In this document: in pieces, positions 8,860 through 16,375 of the stretch
How positions within the stretch are numbered: the first letter of the stretch is position 1
Layout of the letters: every line of letters begins with the position of its first letter
Assembly: GCA_964358215.1 (NCBI GenBank)
Contig: CAYHOD010000001.1
Coordinates: 866-25,979 of the forward strand
Length of the DNA: 25,114 nucleotides
DNA from: an uncultured Gammaproteobacteria bacterium
Lineage (GTDB): Bacteria; Patescibacteriota; Patescibacteriia; UBA2591; PGYQ01
Direction: 5' to 3'
Notes under the pieces: model-generated
What the model saw: only the letters and a program-made list of their open reading frames with translations
Database searches by the model: none
What the model was told of the DNA's origin: nothing
Program-made: the position numbers and the translations under genes

Positions 8860-8894
8860 TTAATATTATGGGAGTTCAACTCCCATAATATTAA
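8860..8894. repeat. REP palindrome, distal copy (17-bp perfect arms)
   Basis: ttaatattatgggagtt-c-aactcccataatattaa; contains the malic enzyme stop. Confidence 0.95.
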
Positions 8895-10171
8895 TAAATT
8901 AATAATTTTGCAATTTTTCTGCTTTCGGCAGATCTCCCGAAGGGAGACAATTTTTCTGCCTTCGGTAGATCTCCCGAAGGGAGACAATTTTTCTGCCTTC
9001 GGTAGATCTCCCGAAGGGAGACAATTTGCAATTTAATATTTCTTGCGATTACTTTTGGCACATTTTTATCTAAAACTCTTGGAAGTATTTTATTTGTATT
9101 TAATTCACTTTTTTTTAAATAATTTGCCAATGTTTCAGCAACAGTAATTTTTATTTCATTTGTGATTATTCTAATTCTATTGTCCAGTATGCCTCTAAAG
9201 AAACCCGGAAAAACCAAAGCGTTATTAATTTGATTTGGAAAGTCGCTTCTTCCAGTGGCTATAATATAAGCGCCTGCTTTTTTGGCTAACTTAGGCATAA
9301 TTTCTGGAATTGGATTAGCCATGGCGAAAATAATTGGTTTGTTTGACATTAATTTAATAAATTCTGGTTTTAATATATTTGGAGCGCTAACTCCAATAAA
9401 AACATCCGCTTTTTCTAAAGATTTTCCTAAATCGCCTTGAATATTTTCTGGGTTAGTTATTAATAATATTTTTCTTTTTATTTCATTTAAATCAGTTCTA
9501 TTTTTAGAAATAATTCCTTTAGAATCAACTAAAATAATATTTTTAATTCCGTATTGATAAAGCAATTTAGCTATCGCAATACCCGCGGCTCCTGCGCCGC
9601 AAATAACCATTTTAATATTTTCTTTTTGTTTTTTAACTAATTTTAAACTGTTAATTAGCGCTGCCAAAACTACAATTGCTGTTCCGTGCTGATCATCGTG
9701 AAAAACCGGAATATCTAATTCTTTTATTAATTTTTCTTCAATTTCAAAACACCGCGGAGACGAAATATCTTCTAAATTTATTCCGCCAAAACCAGGCGAA
9801 ATATTTTTTATTGTTTTAATAATTTCTTCCACGTCTTGAGTTGCGAGAACAATCGGATAGGCGTCAACATTGCCTAATTCTTTAAACAATAAAGCTTTGC
9901 CTTCCATAACTGGCAATGCGCCATAAGGTCCAATATTGCCTAATCCTAACACAGCTGAACCATCTGAAATAATTGCGACTGCGTTTGACTTAATTGAATA
10001 ATCATATGCCGCAATATTATTTTGAGCCAAAAGTAAAGATACAGCGGCAACACCCGGAGTATACGCAACGCTTAAATCGTGTTTTGTTTTTAATTTTCCA
10101 AATTTATTTTTAATTTCAATCTTGCCTTTAAATTTTAAATGTCGTTTTAATGATTCTTTGTTATAATCCAT
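8891..10171 (-). CDS. maeA: NAD(P)-dependent malic enzyme, short form, with a repeat-derived C-terminal tail
   Basis: AYTPGVA, SDGSAVLGLGNIG, VMEGKA, GGINLEDI, FHDDQHGTA, GAGAAG, ANPIPE, ATGRSDFPNQINN. Start at ATG 10171 (MDYNK). Confidence 0.93.
   Translation of the reverse strand: MDYNKESLKRHLKFKGKIEIKNKFGKLKTKHDLSVAYTPGVAAVSLLLAQNNIAAYDYSIKSNAVAIISDGSAVLGLGNIGPYGALPVMEGKALLFKELGNVDAYPIVLATQDVEEIIKTIKNISPGFGGINLEDISSPRCFEIEEKLIKELDIPVFHDDQHGTAIVVLAALINSLKLVKKQKENIKMVICGAGAAGIAIAKLLYQYGIKNIILVDSKGIISKNRTDLNEIKRKILLITNPENIQGDLGKSLEKADVFIGVSAPNILKPEFIKLMSNKPIIFAMANPIPEIMPKLAKKAGAYIIATGRSDFPNQINNALVFPGFFRGILDNRIRIITNEIKITVAETLANYLKKSELNTNKILPRVLDKNVPKVIARNIKLQIVSLREIYRRQKNCLPSGDLPKAEKLSPFGRSAESRKIAKLLIY
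8911..9021. repeat. Three tandem 37-bp double-hairpin units with no spacers
   Basis: Units start at 8911, 8948 and 8985: caatttttctgc(c/t)ttcgg(t/c)agatctcccgaagggaga. Confidence 0.95.
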
Positions 10172-10213
10172 AAAAAACATTTTAACATTTTAACATTTTA
10201 ACATGATAACAAT
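10172..10213 (-). promoter_or_regulatory. Octamer array (TGTTAAAA)n ending 7 nt before the malic enzyme ATG
   Basis: Minus strand reads tgttatcatgttaaaatgttaaaatgttaaaatgttttttATG. Confidence 0.55.
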
Positions 10214-10313
10214 TATACAAAATAAGTGTGCATGTATTTCATCTTTTGCGACAATGAAATTTTTAATCAAAAATAAAACCACAACTCAAATTCCATATCA
10301 CATATTCTTATTT

Positions 10314-10342
10314 TCCTAAAAGCTAAAAAGCTACGAGCTAAG
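10314..10342. repeat. AGCTACA element containing the aminopeptidase stop
   Basis: ttcctaaaagctaaaaagctacgagctaa, 27/29 identical to 4257-4285. Confidence 0.85.
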
Positions 10343-11758
10343 AAAAGTCTTATATCCTAAATAAGCGCAATAAATATCGGCTTTAGAAGCAATTTCTAAT
10401 GGCGCGTGTATATTGAATAAAGGTACGCCGGCGTCAACAACATCAATATTGCGATTAGCTAAATATTTAGCGATAGTTCCTCCGCCACCCTGATCAACCT
10501 TGCCAATTCCGCCAGAAAATTGACAAACAATATTTTTGTCTTTTTTGAAAATCATTCTTAATTTTTGCAAAAATTCAGCTGACGCTTCAGATGTGGAATA
10601 TTTACCGCCAGAACCAGTGTGTTTTTCTATTGCCAATCCAAATCCCATTCTGCAAGCGTTTCGCAAATCATAAACATCTTTATAATCTGGATCAACTGCT
10701 GTTGTTACATCTGCTGAAATTGCTTGACTAATGCCGTATGAATGATAAATTGCGTTTAAATCATTTTTATTTTGATTTAATTTTAAAATATCCAACATAA
10801 AACTTTCTAAAAATAATGACTGAATGCCTGTGTTGCCTTCTGATCCGATTTCTTCTCTGTCCACTAAGACACAAATTTGAGTTTGTTTAATAATTTTAGC
10901 GTCAAAAAAACTCATTAGCGCTAAATAAGAGCAAACCCTGTCGTCCTGTCCATAAGCCGAGATTAAACTTCTATCAAATCCTAAATCTCTGGCTTTTTCA
11001 CTTGGCACCGCTTGTATTTCCGCGCTAACTAAATCTACTTCTTTAATGCCATATTTATTATAAAGGTATTCTAATATTGCTAATTTAACTTTTTCTTTAA
11101 CTTTTGAATCATTAACTGGCAACGAGCCTAATAATAAATTTAAATCTTCTCCTTTAACTTCGCGAGATTCAATTTTACTGCCAGATCCAGATGGACGATC
11201 AAGCTGCGGCAATAAATCTGTAATCATAAAAATTGGCTCATCGTCTTTTTCTCCAATTTTAATATTTATTTTTTTGCCATTTTCTAAACAAACAATTCCG
11301 TGCAACGCTAAAGCAATGGTTGGCCATTGATATTTTTTAATTCCGCCATAATAATGAGTCTTGGCAAAAGCTAAATTTTCATCTTCATAAAGAGGCGTTG
11401 TTTTAAAATCTAAATGCGGCGAATCAATATGCGCCATAATTATTTTCATTCCCTGATTTAAGCCTTGATTGCCAATTTTAGCTAAAAATAAATTTTTATC
11501 GCGATTAACAGCATAAACTTTATCTCCTGTTTTTAATGATTTCATTTCTTTCATATTTTTAAAGCCTCTCATCTTGGCTAATTTTACACTAATTTCTATT
11601 GTTTCCCTTTCTGTTTTTGCTTCATTTAAAAATTTTTTATAGCCTTCACAAAAATCAAAAGCGTTTTTTTTAATTTTATCGTTCCAAACCTCCCAACAAC
11701 TTTTTTGTTCAAGTTTAAGTTCTTTTTCTAATTTTTGATAATTAATTTTTTTAGACAT
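10331..11758 (-). CDS. M18 family aminopeptidase
   Basis: AHIDSPHLD, HYYGGIKKYQW, AYGQDDRVC, DREEIGS, SADVT, GGGGTI, DAGVPLFNIHAPLE. Confidence 0.92.
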   Translation of the reverse strand: MSKKINYQKLEKELKLEQKSCWEVWNDKIKKNAFDFCEGYKKFLNEAKTERETIEISVKLAKMRGFKNMKEMKSLKTGDKVYAVNRDKNLFLAKIGNQGLNQGMKIIMAHIDSPHLDFKTTPLYEDENLAFAKTHYYGGIKKYQWPTIALALHGIVCLENGKKINIKIGEKDDEPIFMITDLLPQLDRPSGSGSKIESREVKGEDLNLLLGSLPVNDSKVKEKVKLAILEYLYNKYGIKEVDLVSAEIQAVPSEKARDLGFDRSLISAYGQDDRVCSYLALMSFFDAKIIKQTQICVLVDREEIGSEGNTGIQSLFLESFMLDILKLNQNKNDLNAIYHSYGISQAISADVTTAVDPDYKDVYDLRNACRMGFGLAIEKHTGSGGKYSTSEASAEFLQKLRMIFKKDKNIVCQFSGGIGKVDQGGGGTIAKYLANRNIDVVDAGVPLFNIHAPLEIASKADIYCAYLGYKTFLSS

Positions 11759-11800
11759 AAAAATAAATAAAATAGATAAAAATTTTCTAACCGCTCAAAA

Positions 11801-11824
11801 TGTTATAATGTTATAATGTTATTA
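11801..11824 (+). repeat. TGTTATAA octamer array
   Basis: tgttataa tgttataa tgttatta just past the GT2 stop. Confidence 0.85.
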
Positions 11825-11828
11825 TATT

Positions 11829-12863
11829 TTATTCTATCCATTTTCTCATTTCTTTAGCGGTTATTTTTTTGTGGCTCATAATAATTTTTCTTTTTTTTAA
11901 AATTATTGGCAATTGCTTAAAAAATTCAAACAAAGCTTTGGATGTTGAAAATTCAAAAAATAAAAGAAAAATAAATTTTTTAAGTTCATAGAAAAAAATC
12001 CAAGGAAAATGCAAGATAAAATTGCTTAAAAATTCATTTTTAATCAACATTAAAAGATGATTTTTATAAGAAAGATAATTAATTAATTTACTTTTATTTT
12101 TTTTGTTTAAAGCCGCGCTTATATCATTTAAACTTTTTTTTCTTTTTGTTGTTCGATCGTGATATGCCTTTGCTTGCGGTAAAAAAAATATTTTCCAACC
12201 ATAAATTCGTAAACGCAAAGAAAGATCTATGTCTTCTTTGTAGGCTGTAAAATCTTCGTCTAAATATTCTGTCATTTTGTCATTTAATTTAATTCCTATA
12301 TTTTTTAATGCTTGAGCGTTAAATATAGCGCATGCGCCAGTAATGCCAAATATTTCTTTTGTCTGATTGTATTGCTCATTATCCTTTTCTCCTTCTCCTA
12401 TATTAATCGCTCTTCTATTTTTAAACATTTTAATTCCGACTGAATCAATTATATCAGTTTTTTCATTTTTATCAAAATCCCAATAATAAATTTTAGGCAT
12501 TACAGCGGCAATATTTGAATTAGTTTTTAAAAATTTCATTGTTTCTTCTAAAAAATTTTTTTCTAAAATAACATCTTGATTTAATATTAAAATATATTCG
12601 CTGTCTTTAATAACTTCTCGAATTCCTTGATTATATCCTCCGCAAAATCCTAAATTTTTTTTGTTTTCAATTAATTTTAATTTTTTATTTGTTAAATATA
12701 AATTATAATTTGATTTAATAAATTTTATAGTATCGTCGGCTGACGCATTGTCAATAATTAAAATTTTAAAATCTTGAAAACTTTGATCAAAAATAGAATT
12801 TAAACAATGTGAAATATATTTTTTGCCATTTAAAGCGCAAAGAACAATTGAAATTTTAGACAT
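11829..12863 (-). CDS. GT2 family glycosyltransferase
   Basis: IIDNASAD, NLGFCGGYNQG, LNQD, GACAIF, EDIDLSLR. Confidence 0.92.
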   Translation of the reverse strand: MSKISIVLCALNGKKYISHCLNSIFDQSFQDFKILIIDNASADDTIKFIKSNYNLYLTNKKLKLIENKKNLGFCGGYNQGIREVIKDSEYILILNQDVILEKNFLEETMKFLKTNSNIAAVMPKIYYWDFDKNEKTDIIDSVGIKMFKNRRAINIGEGEKDNEQYNQTKEIFGITGACAIFNAQALKNIGIKLNDKMTEYLDEDFTAYKEDIDLSLRLRIYGWKIFFLPQAKAYHDRTTKRKKSLNDISAALNKKNKSKLINYLSYKNHLLMLIKNEFLSNFILHFPWIFFYELKKFIFLLFFEFSTSKALFEFFKQLPIILKKRKIIMSHKKITAKEMRKWIE

Positions 12864-12918
12864 AAAAACATTACATTAAAAAATAAAAAAAGGAAAAATC
12901 AAAAATTAGTTTGTAGCT

Positions 12919-14388
12919 TTATGGCTTTACGGCTTTTTTAAAAATCATTAAACAAAGCAAAATATAAAAAATGCCTGTTGGATAAAATAAAAATGGTCCA
13001 AAAATATGAATAACAAAAAGACAAAATAAGCCAATTAAAATTCCCAAATAAAAATCTTGATTAATTGTTGAATAATAAACTGTTTTAACTCCTTGCCAAA
13101 ATAATATTCCTAAAAACCAAAAATAACTTAAAAAACCAAATAATCCTAGGTCTGTCCAATTCTCTAAATAACCCCAATCAATGTGAGGGGTTTTTATAAT
13201 TTTTTTTGTTGGATAATCATAAGCAACAATTTCAGAACCCATGCCAGAACCAATTATTGGATATTCTTTAATTTTTTTTAAAGCGGCGTCAAGCCGTTCA
13301 AGTCTGGACATGGCGCTGGCTTCTGTTTCTGGAGTAAAAATTGTTTCTATTCTGTCGTTTAAAAACAAAAAATTAGTTTGAATGTTTTTATGATTGCATA
13401 AATAAAAAATCAAAAAACTTTCTAATAAAAAAATTACAATTAAACTTATAGAAAAAATTATTTTTCTTTTTAACGGAATTTTTAAAATTAAACATAAAAA
13501 AATTAAACTAATTACAAATCCTAAAAGAAAATTTCGGGTAAAACTGATTGTTAAAACAACGCTTGATAAAATTCCCAAAAAAATAAGCCAAGGCAATTGA
13601 GAATTTAACCAATAATTTTTTTTTGTTAATTTATAAATATTAAAAAGTAAAATTGAAATTATGATAAGAAAAAAAACTAAAGTTAAAATATCCGACGACA
13701 TAACGACCCTAAAAAAATTATTATTCATTGCGGCTATTTTGCCAATAACATATTCTCTAAACCATTGATAATAAATTCCACCATGAACTGCCGAATGGCT
13801 GGCAAATAAATAAAGCGTTGTTATGGTTAAAGCGCTTGTGGCAATTATTGTTCCGGAAAATATTTGAAATATTTTTTTTATTAATTGTTTATTATTAACA
13901 ATTAAATCAAAAAATGGAAAAATTAATGAGAGATAGCTATAACAAATTAAATCCGCAAAAATAAAATTCCAAGCGTTTCCTCTTATTATTCCTATAATTC
14001 CAGCTAAAGCGATAAAAAATAACGCGAAAGTAAAAGGCTTGAAAAAAAATGATTTTGTAAAATTTTCTATTTGTGATTTTAAAAATTGATAATTTCGTAA
14101 TTTTTGAATGAGCCAAATAAACATAAAAACGGCAAACAAAACAAAACGAATTGATAGACTTTTAAACTCAAAAAGATGTCCGTCAATGCCGGCTAAAAAT
14201 TCAAAAATAAGAAATAAAAGACAATATTCTATTTTCCAAAAACTTAATCCAATTAAAACAATCACCATTAAAAAAAATCCAAAAGTTTCCACATTTGGAT
14301 TTAAAAAGCCAAGGAAAGAAAGGAGATAAATAAAAATACAAGCAAAAAAAGTATAAAGCGTTAATTTTCCAACTGAAATAATGTTCAT
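12919..14388 (-). CDS. O-antigen ligase/polymerase-like (Wzy_C) membrane protein
   Basis: Many TM segments, ISFTRN, SAMSRL, PIIGSGMG and PHIDWGYLE loop motifs; sits among glycosyltransferases. Confidence 0.8.
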   Translation of the reverse strand: MNIISVGKLTLYTFFACIFIYLLSFLGFLNPNVETFGFFLMVIVLIGLSFWKIEYCLLFLIFEFLAGIDGHLFEFKSLSIRFVLFAVFMFIWLIQKLRNYQFLKSQIENFTKSFFFKPFTFALFFIALAGIIGIIRGNAWNFIFADLICYSYLSLIFPFFDLIVNNKQLIKKIFQIFSGTIIATSALTITTLYLFASHSAVHGGIYYQWFREYVIGKIAAMNNNFFRVVMSSDILTLVFFLIIISILLFNIYKLTKKNYWLNSQLPWLIFLGILSSVVLTISFTRNFLLGFVISLIFLCLILKIPLKRKIIFSISLIVIFLLESFLIFYLCNHKNIQTNFLFLNDRIETIFTPETEASAMSRLERLDAALKKIKEYPIIGSGMGSEIVAYDYPTKKIIKTPHIDWGYLENWTDLGLFGFLSYFWFLGILFWQGVKTVYYSTINQDFYLGILIGLFCLFVIHIFGPFLFYPTGIFYILLCLMIFKKAVKP

Positions 14389-14392
14389 AAAA
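14344..14392. repeat. 49-bp direct repeat, left copy (includes the ligase ATG and first codons)
   Basis: 48/49 identical to 15431-15479. Confidence 0.95.
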
Positions 14393-14397
14393 TAGAC

Positions 14398-14465
14398 AGA
14401 AATTTTTAATTACAAAACGCCATTAGAATTTTCAAAAATGCCTGCCAATGTACTCATCTTGTACA
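14398..14465 (+). mobile_element. Possible 3' remnant of an integrase-core (IS481/IS3/IS30-like) transposase and IS end
   Basis: Plus frame reads EIFNYKTPLEFSKMPANVLILY, resembling the YxTPxE C-terminal motif; the segment ends in TACA. Short, with no catalytic core. Confidence 0.35.
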
Positions 14466-14482
14466 ACTGTTAATAACTTCTA

Positions 14483-14511
14483 TTGATTTTATTTGCGGGA
14501 TTTGTTATATT
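14483..14511 (+). promoter_or_regulatory. sigma70-type promoter TTGATT-17-TATATT with TG extension
   Basis: TTGATT 14483-14488, TG 14503-14504, TATATT 14506-14511. Confidence 0.6.
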
Positions 14512-14517
14512 AATAAT

Positions 14518-14589
14518 GTCTTTCAGTTTTTATAAACTGAAAGGGTATTACATCCAAGGGCAATCCTCTTCGCGGAGGGTTGCTTTTTT
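14518..14589 (+). ncRNA. Candidate ~70-nt two-hairpin small RNA
   Basis: Follows the promoter; perfect hairpin ctttcagttt-ttat-aaactgaaag (14520-14543), then a terminator. No ORF. Confidence 0.45.
14556..14589 (+). terminator. Intrinsic terminator
   Basis: aagggcaatcctc-ttcgcg-gagggttgc followed by tttttt; the stem includes G-U pairs. Confidence 0.65.
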
Positions 14590-14672
14590 ATTGTATCGGA
14601 AAGTAAATATTTAAAAAATAAGTAAGTTAGAATTATAAAATAACCGCACCATTATTGAGTTTCACCAGTGCA
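14588..14672. repeat. Dispersed ~82-bp repeat, copy B
   Basis: Homologous to 7589-7674. Confidence 0.88.
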
Positions 14673-14709
14673 GGAATTTTCTTTTAGAACCCGCTCTTGA
14701 TATTCAATT

Positions 14710-14763
14710 CGACTTTGACACTTGCTATCCAAACTTGAATATTAAGTTTGGGTAGCAAAGTCG
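14710..14763. repeat. Long imperfect hairpin 3' of the NYN gene
   Basis: ttgctatccaaactt-gaatatt-aagtttgggtagcaa (14/15 arms); outer cgactttg/caaagtcg. Confidence 0.8.
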
Positions 14764-14800
14764 GGTTTCAAGTTCGAGTTAGAAAATTTTGCTTATCTGG

Positions 14801-15388
14801 TTATTTTTCCGGTCGATGATGCAATTCTCGGCCCCAAACATCTTCTGCAATGCACAAAACATCAGAATAACCATCACCGCCAGTTTTTAATTCTTCTGAA
14901 ATATTATTTTTTGATGAAAAAATATAAACTTTTTTACTCGCTCTTCTTAAATAAGATACTAAAGCTAAAAAATCCGAGTCGCCGCTAAAAAGTACGGCAA
15001 TGTTATATTTATTTATATTATGCAATGCGTCAATTGTTATTTCAACATCCATATTGCCTTTTTCTTCAATGCTTTCACCATTTTCTGTAATAATAAAAAT
15101 CCGTTTTAATTCCTTTTTTCTTACAATAAAACCAAGTCCTTTTTTGAGAAAAGTATAAAATTTATGCCGTCCATTCAGACTATAAACTCTTGTGCCTTCA
15201 GCGGGATAAGCAGTGTAATAAAAAATTTTTATAATAAAACTATGAAAATTTTCTTTAATAAATTTTTTTAGTTTTTCGTAATCAAAAAATTTTCCTTTTG
15301 CTTTTTGCGCTTCCCAAAGATTGGATGCATCAATAAAAACATAAACAATATTTTTATTTGCTATTTTTTGATTCAATTTATTATTCAT
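14801..15388 (-). CDS. NYN-domain (LabA/DUF88, PIN-like) putative RNase
   Basis: VFIDASNL, EKGNMDVEITID, LFSGDSDF acidic catalytic motifs, SEELK. Confidence 0.9.
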   Translation of the reverse strand: MNNKLNQKIANKNIVYVFIDASNLWEAQKAKGKFFDYEKLKKFIKENFHSFIIKIFYYTAYPAEGTRVYSLNGRHKFYTFLKKGLGFIVRKKELKRIFIITENGESIEEKGNMDVEITIDALHNINKYNIAVLFSGDSDFLALVSYLRRASKKVYIFSSKNNISEELKTGGDGYSDVLCIAEDVWGRELHHRPEK

Positions 15389-15403
15389 TTTATTTTTATT
15401 TAT

Positions 15404-15475
15404 TTAAATTATATCCTTATTTTTAAAACTAAAAAAAGTGTAAAGCGTTAATTTTCCAACTGAAATAATGTTCAT
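15404..15475 (-). pseudogene. Orphaned 5' fragment of the ligase gene (MNIISVGKLTLYTFF plus 8 unrelated residues)
   Basis: First 15 codons match the ligase N-terminus, then the sequence diverges and stops at 15404. Confidence 0.75.
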
Positions 15476-15479
15476 AAAA
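15431..15479. repeat. 49-bp direct repeat, right copy
   Basis: aaaaaaagt(g/a)taaagcgttaattttccaactgaaataatgttcataaaa. Confidence 0.95.
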
Positions 15480-15496
15480 ACATAAATCAAAAATTA

Positions 15497-16375
15497 TTAT
15501 TTTAAATTTTCTTTCTTCCCAAACTTGCCATTGCGATAATCTTGATAGCCTTGTATCATTGCTTTTATTTTTAATATTTTTTGATCTTCCCCAATTAAAA
15601 TTCTTATTAAATCTTTTAAAAATCCGATGCTTTCTTTTTTACAAAAATTAGGAAAATCTTTTTTATAATGATTAATAAGATAAAATCTATTTCGAGTTGC
15701 ATAATATCGTCTTATTGGAGGGTAATTTGTAGAAAAAAACCAAAAACATTTTTTCAAATTTCCAAGGTTATGTTCTAAAATTGCTCTATTTGCTTGTATA
15801 ACTAAAAAACCATTTTTATTAAGACGCAAACAATATTCATGATCAACGGAATCTATAAAAAATTTATCTATAAATGGCCCAATTTTTTGATAAACGTTTA
15901 AATTTAATAAATTTCCAGACATCATCGTGGTAAATACTTTTGATCCTATTTCATTTCTTTTGATATTTTTTTCTGAAAATTTATTAAATTTATTTTTATG
16001 AACGGGCGAAATAATTCCAATATTTTGTGAATCATAAAAATTTAAACATTCTATTAACATAGGAATTATTTTTGGAACGGCTTTACTGTCTGAATCAATT
16101 GTAAATAACCAATCATATCCATTTTCAATGGCTTTTTGCGCGCCAACATTAAGAGCGTTTGCAATCCCCTGATTTCCGTGATTATCAATATAATAAACTT
16201 TTTCTTTGGTTTTTAAAGCATTAATAATTTCTATTTCTTTTTTATCAGAATTATCAACAACAAATAAAATATCCAAATCTTCAATATAAGAATCAATGTT
16301 ATTAATAACATTTGAAGTTGGATTATATAATGCGACAACACCGGCGATTTTTATTTTATCTTTTTTCATAATCAT
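15497..16375 (-). CDS. GT2 glycosyltransferase (rhamnosyltransferase-like)
   Basis: VVALYNP, VVDNSD, NQGIANALNVG, TIDSDS, SGNLL, FFIDSVDHEYCLR, RRYYATRN. Confidence 0.9.
   Translation of the reverse strand: MIMKKDKIKIAGVVALYNPTSNVINNIDSYIEDLDILFVVDNSDKKEIEIINALKTKEKVYYIDNHGNQGIANALNVGAQKAIENGYDWLFTIDSDSKAVPKIIPMLIECLNFYDSQNIGIISPVHKNKFNKFSEKNIKRNEIGSKVFTTMMSGNLLNLNVYQKIGPFIDKFFIDSVDHEYCLRLNKNGFLVIQANRAILEHNLGNLKKCFWFFSTNYPPIRRYYATRNRFYLINHYKKDFPNFCKKESIGFLKDLIRILIGEDQKILKIKAMIQGYQDYRNGKFGKKENLK

Noticed and set aside
8742-8987. 81-aa minus-strand ORF bridging malic enzyme and dus
   Set aside because: An alternative-frame reading of the 37-bp repeats and REP that overlaps both real genes.
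8911-9021. 37-bp repeats as a CRISPR or guide-RNA array
   Set aside because: The units are contiguous with no variable spacers, lie inside a CDS, and there are no cas-like genes in the window.
11788-11864. 8-bp inverted repeat taaccgct/agcggtta around the GT2 stop
   Set aside because: Too short, with a long loop; compatible with chance.
14518-14589. Identification of the small RNA as SRP RNA, tRNA, tracrRNA or a known riboswitch
   Set aside because: No SRP helix-8 motif, cloverleaf, matching CRISPR repeat or recognisable aptamer consensus.
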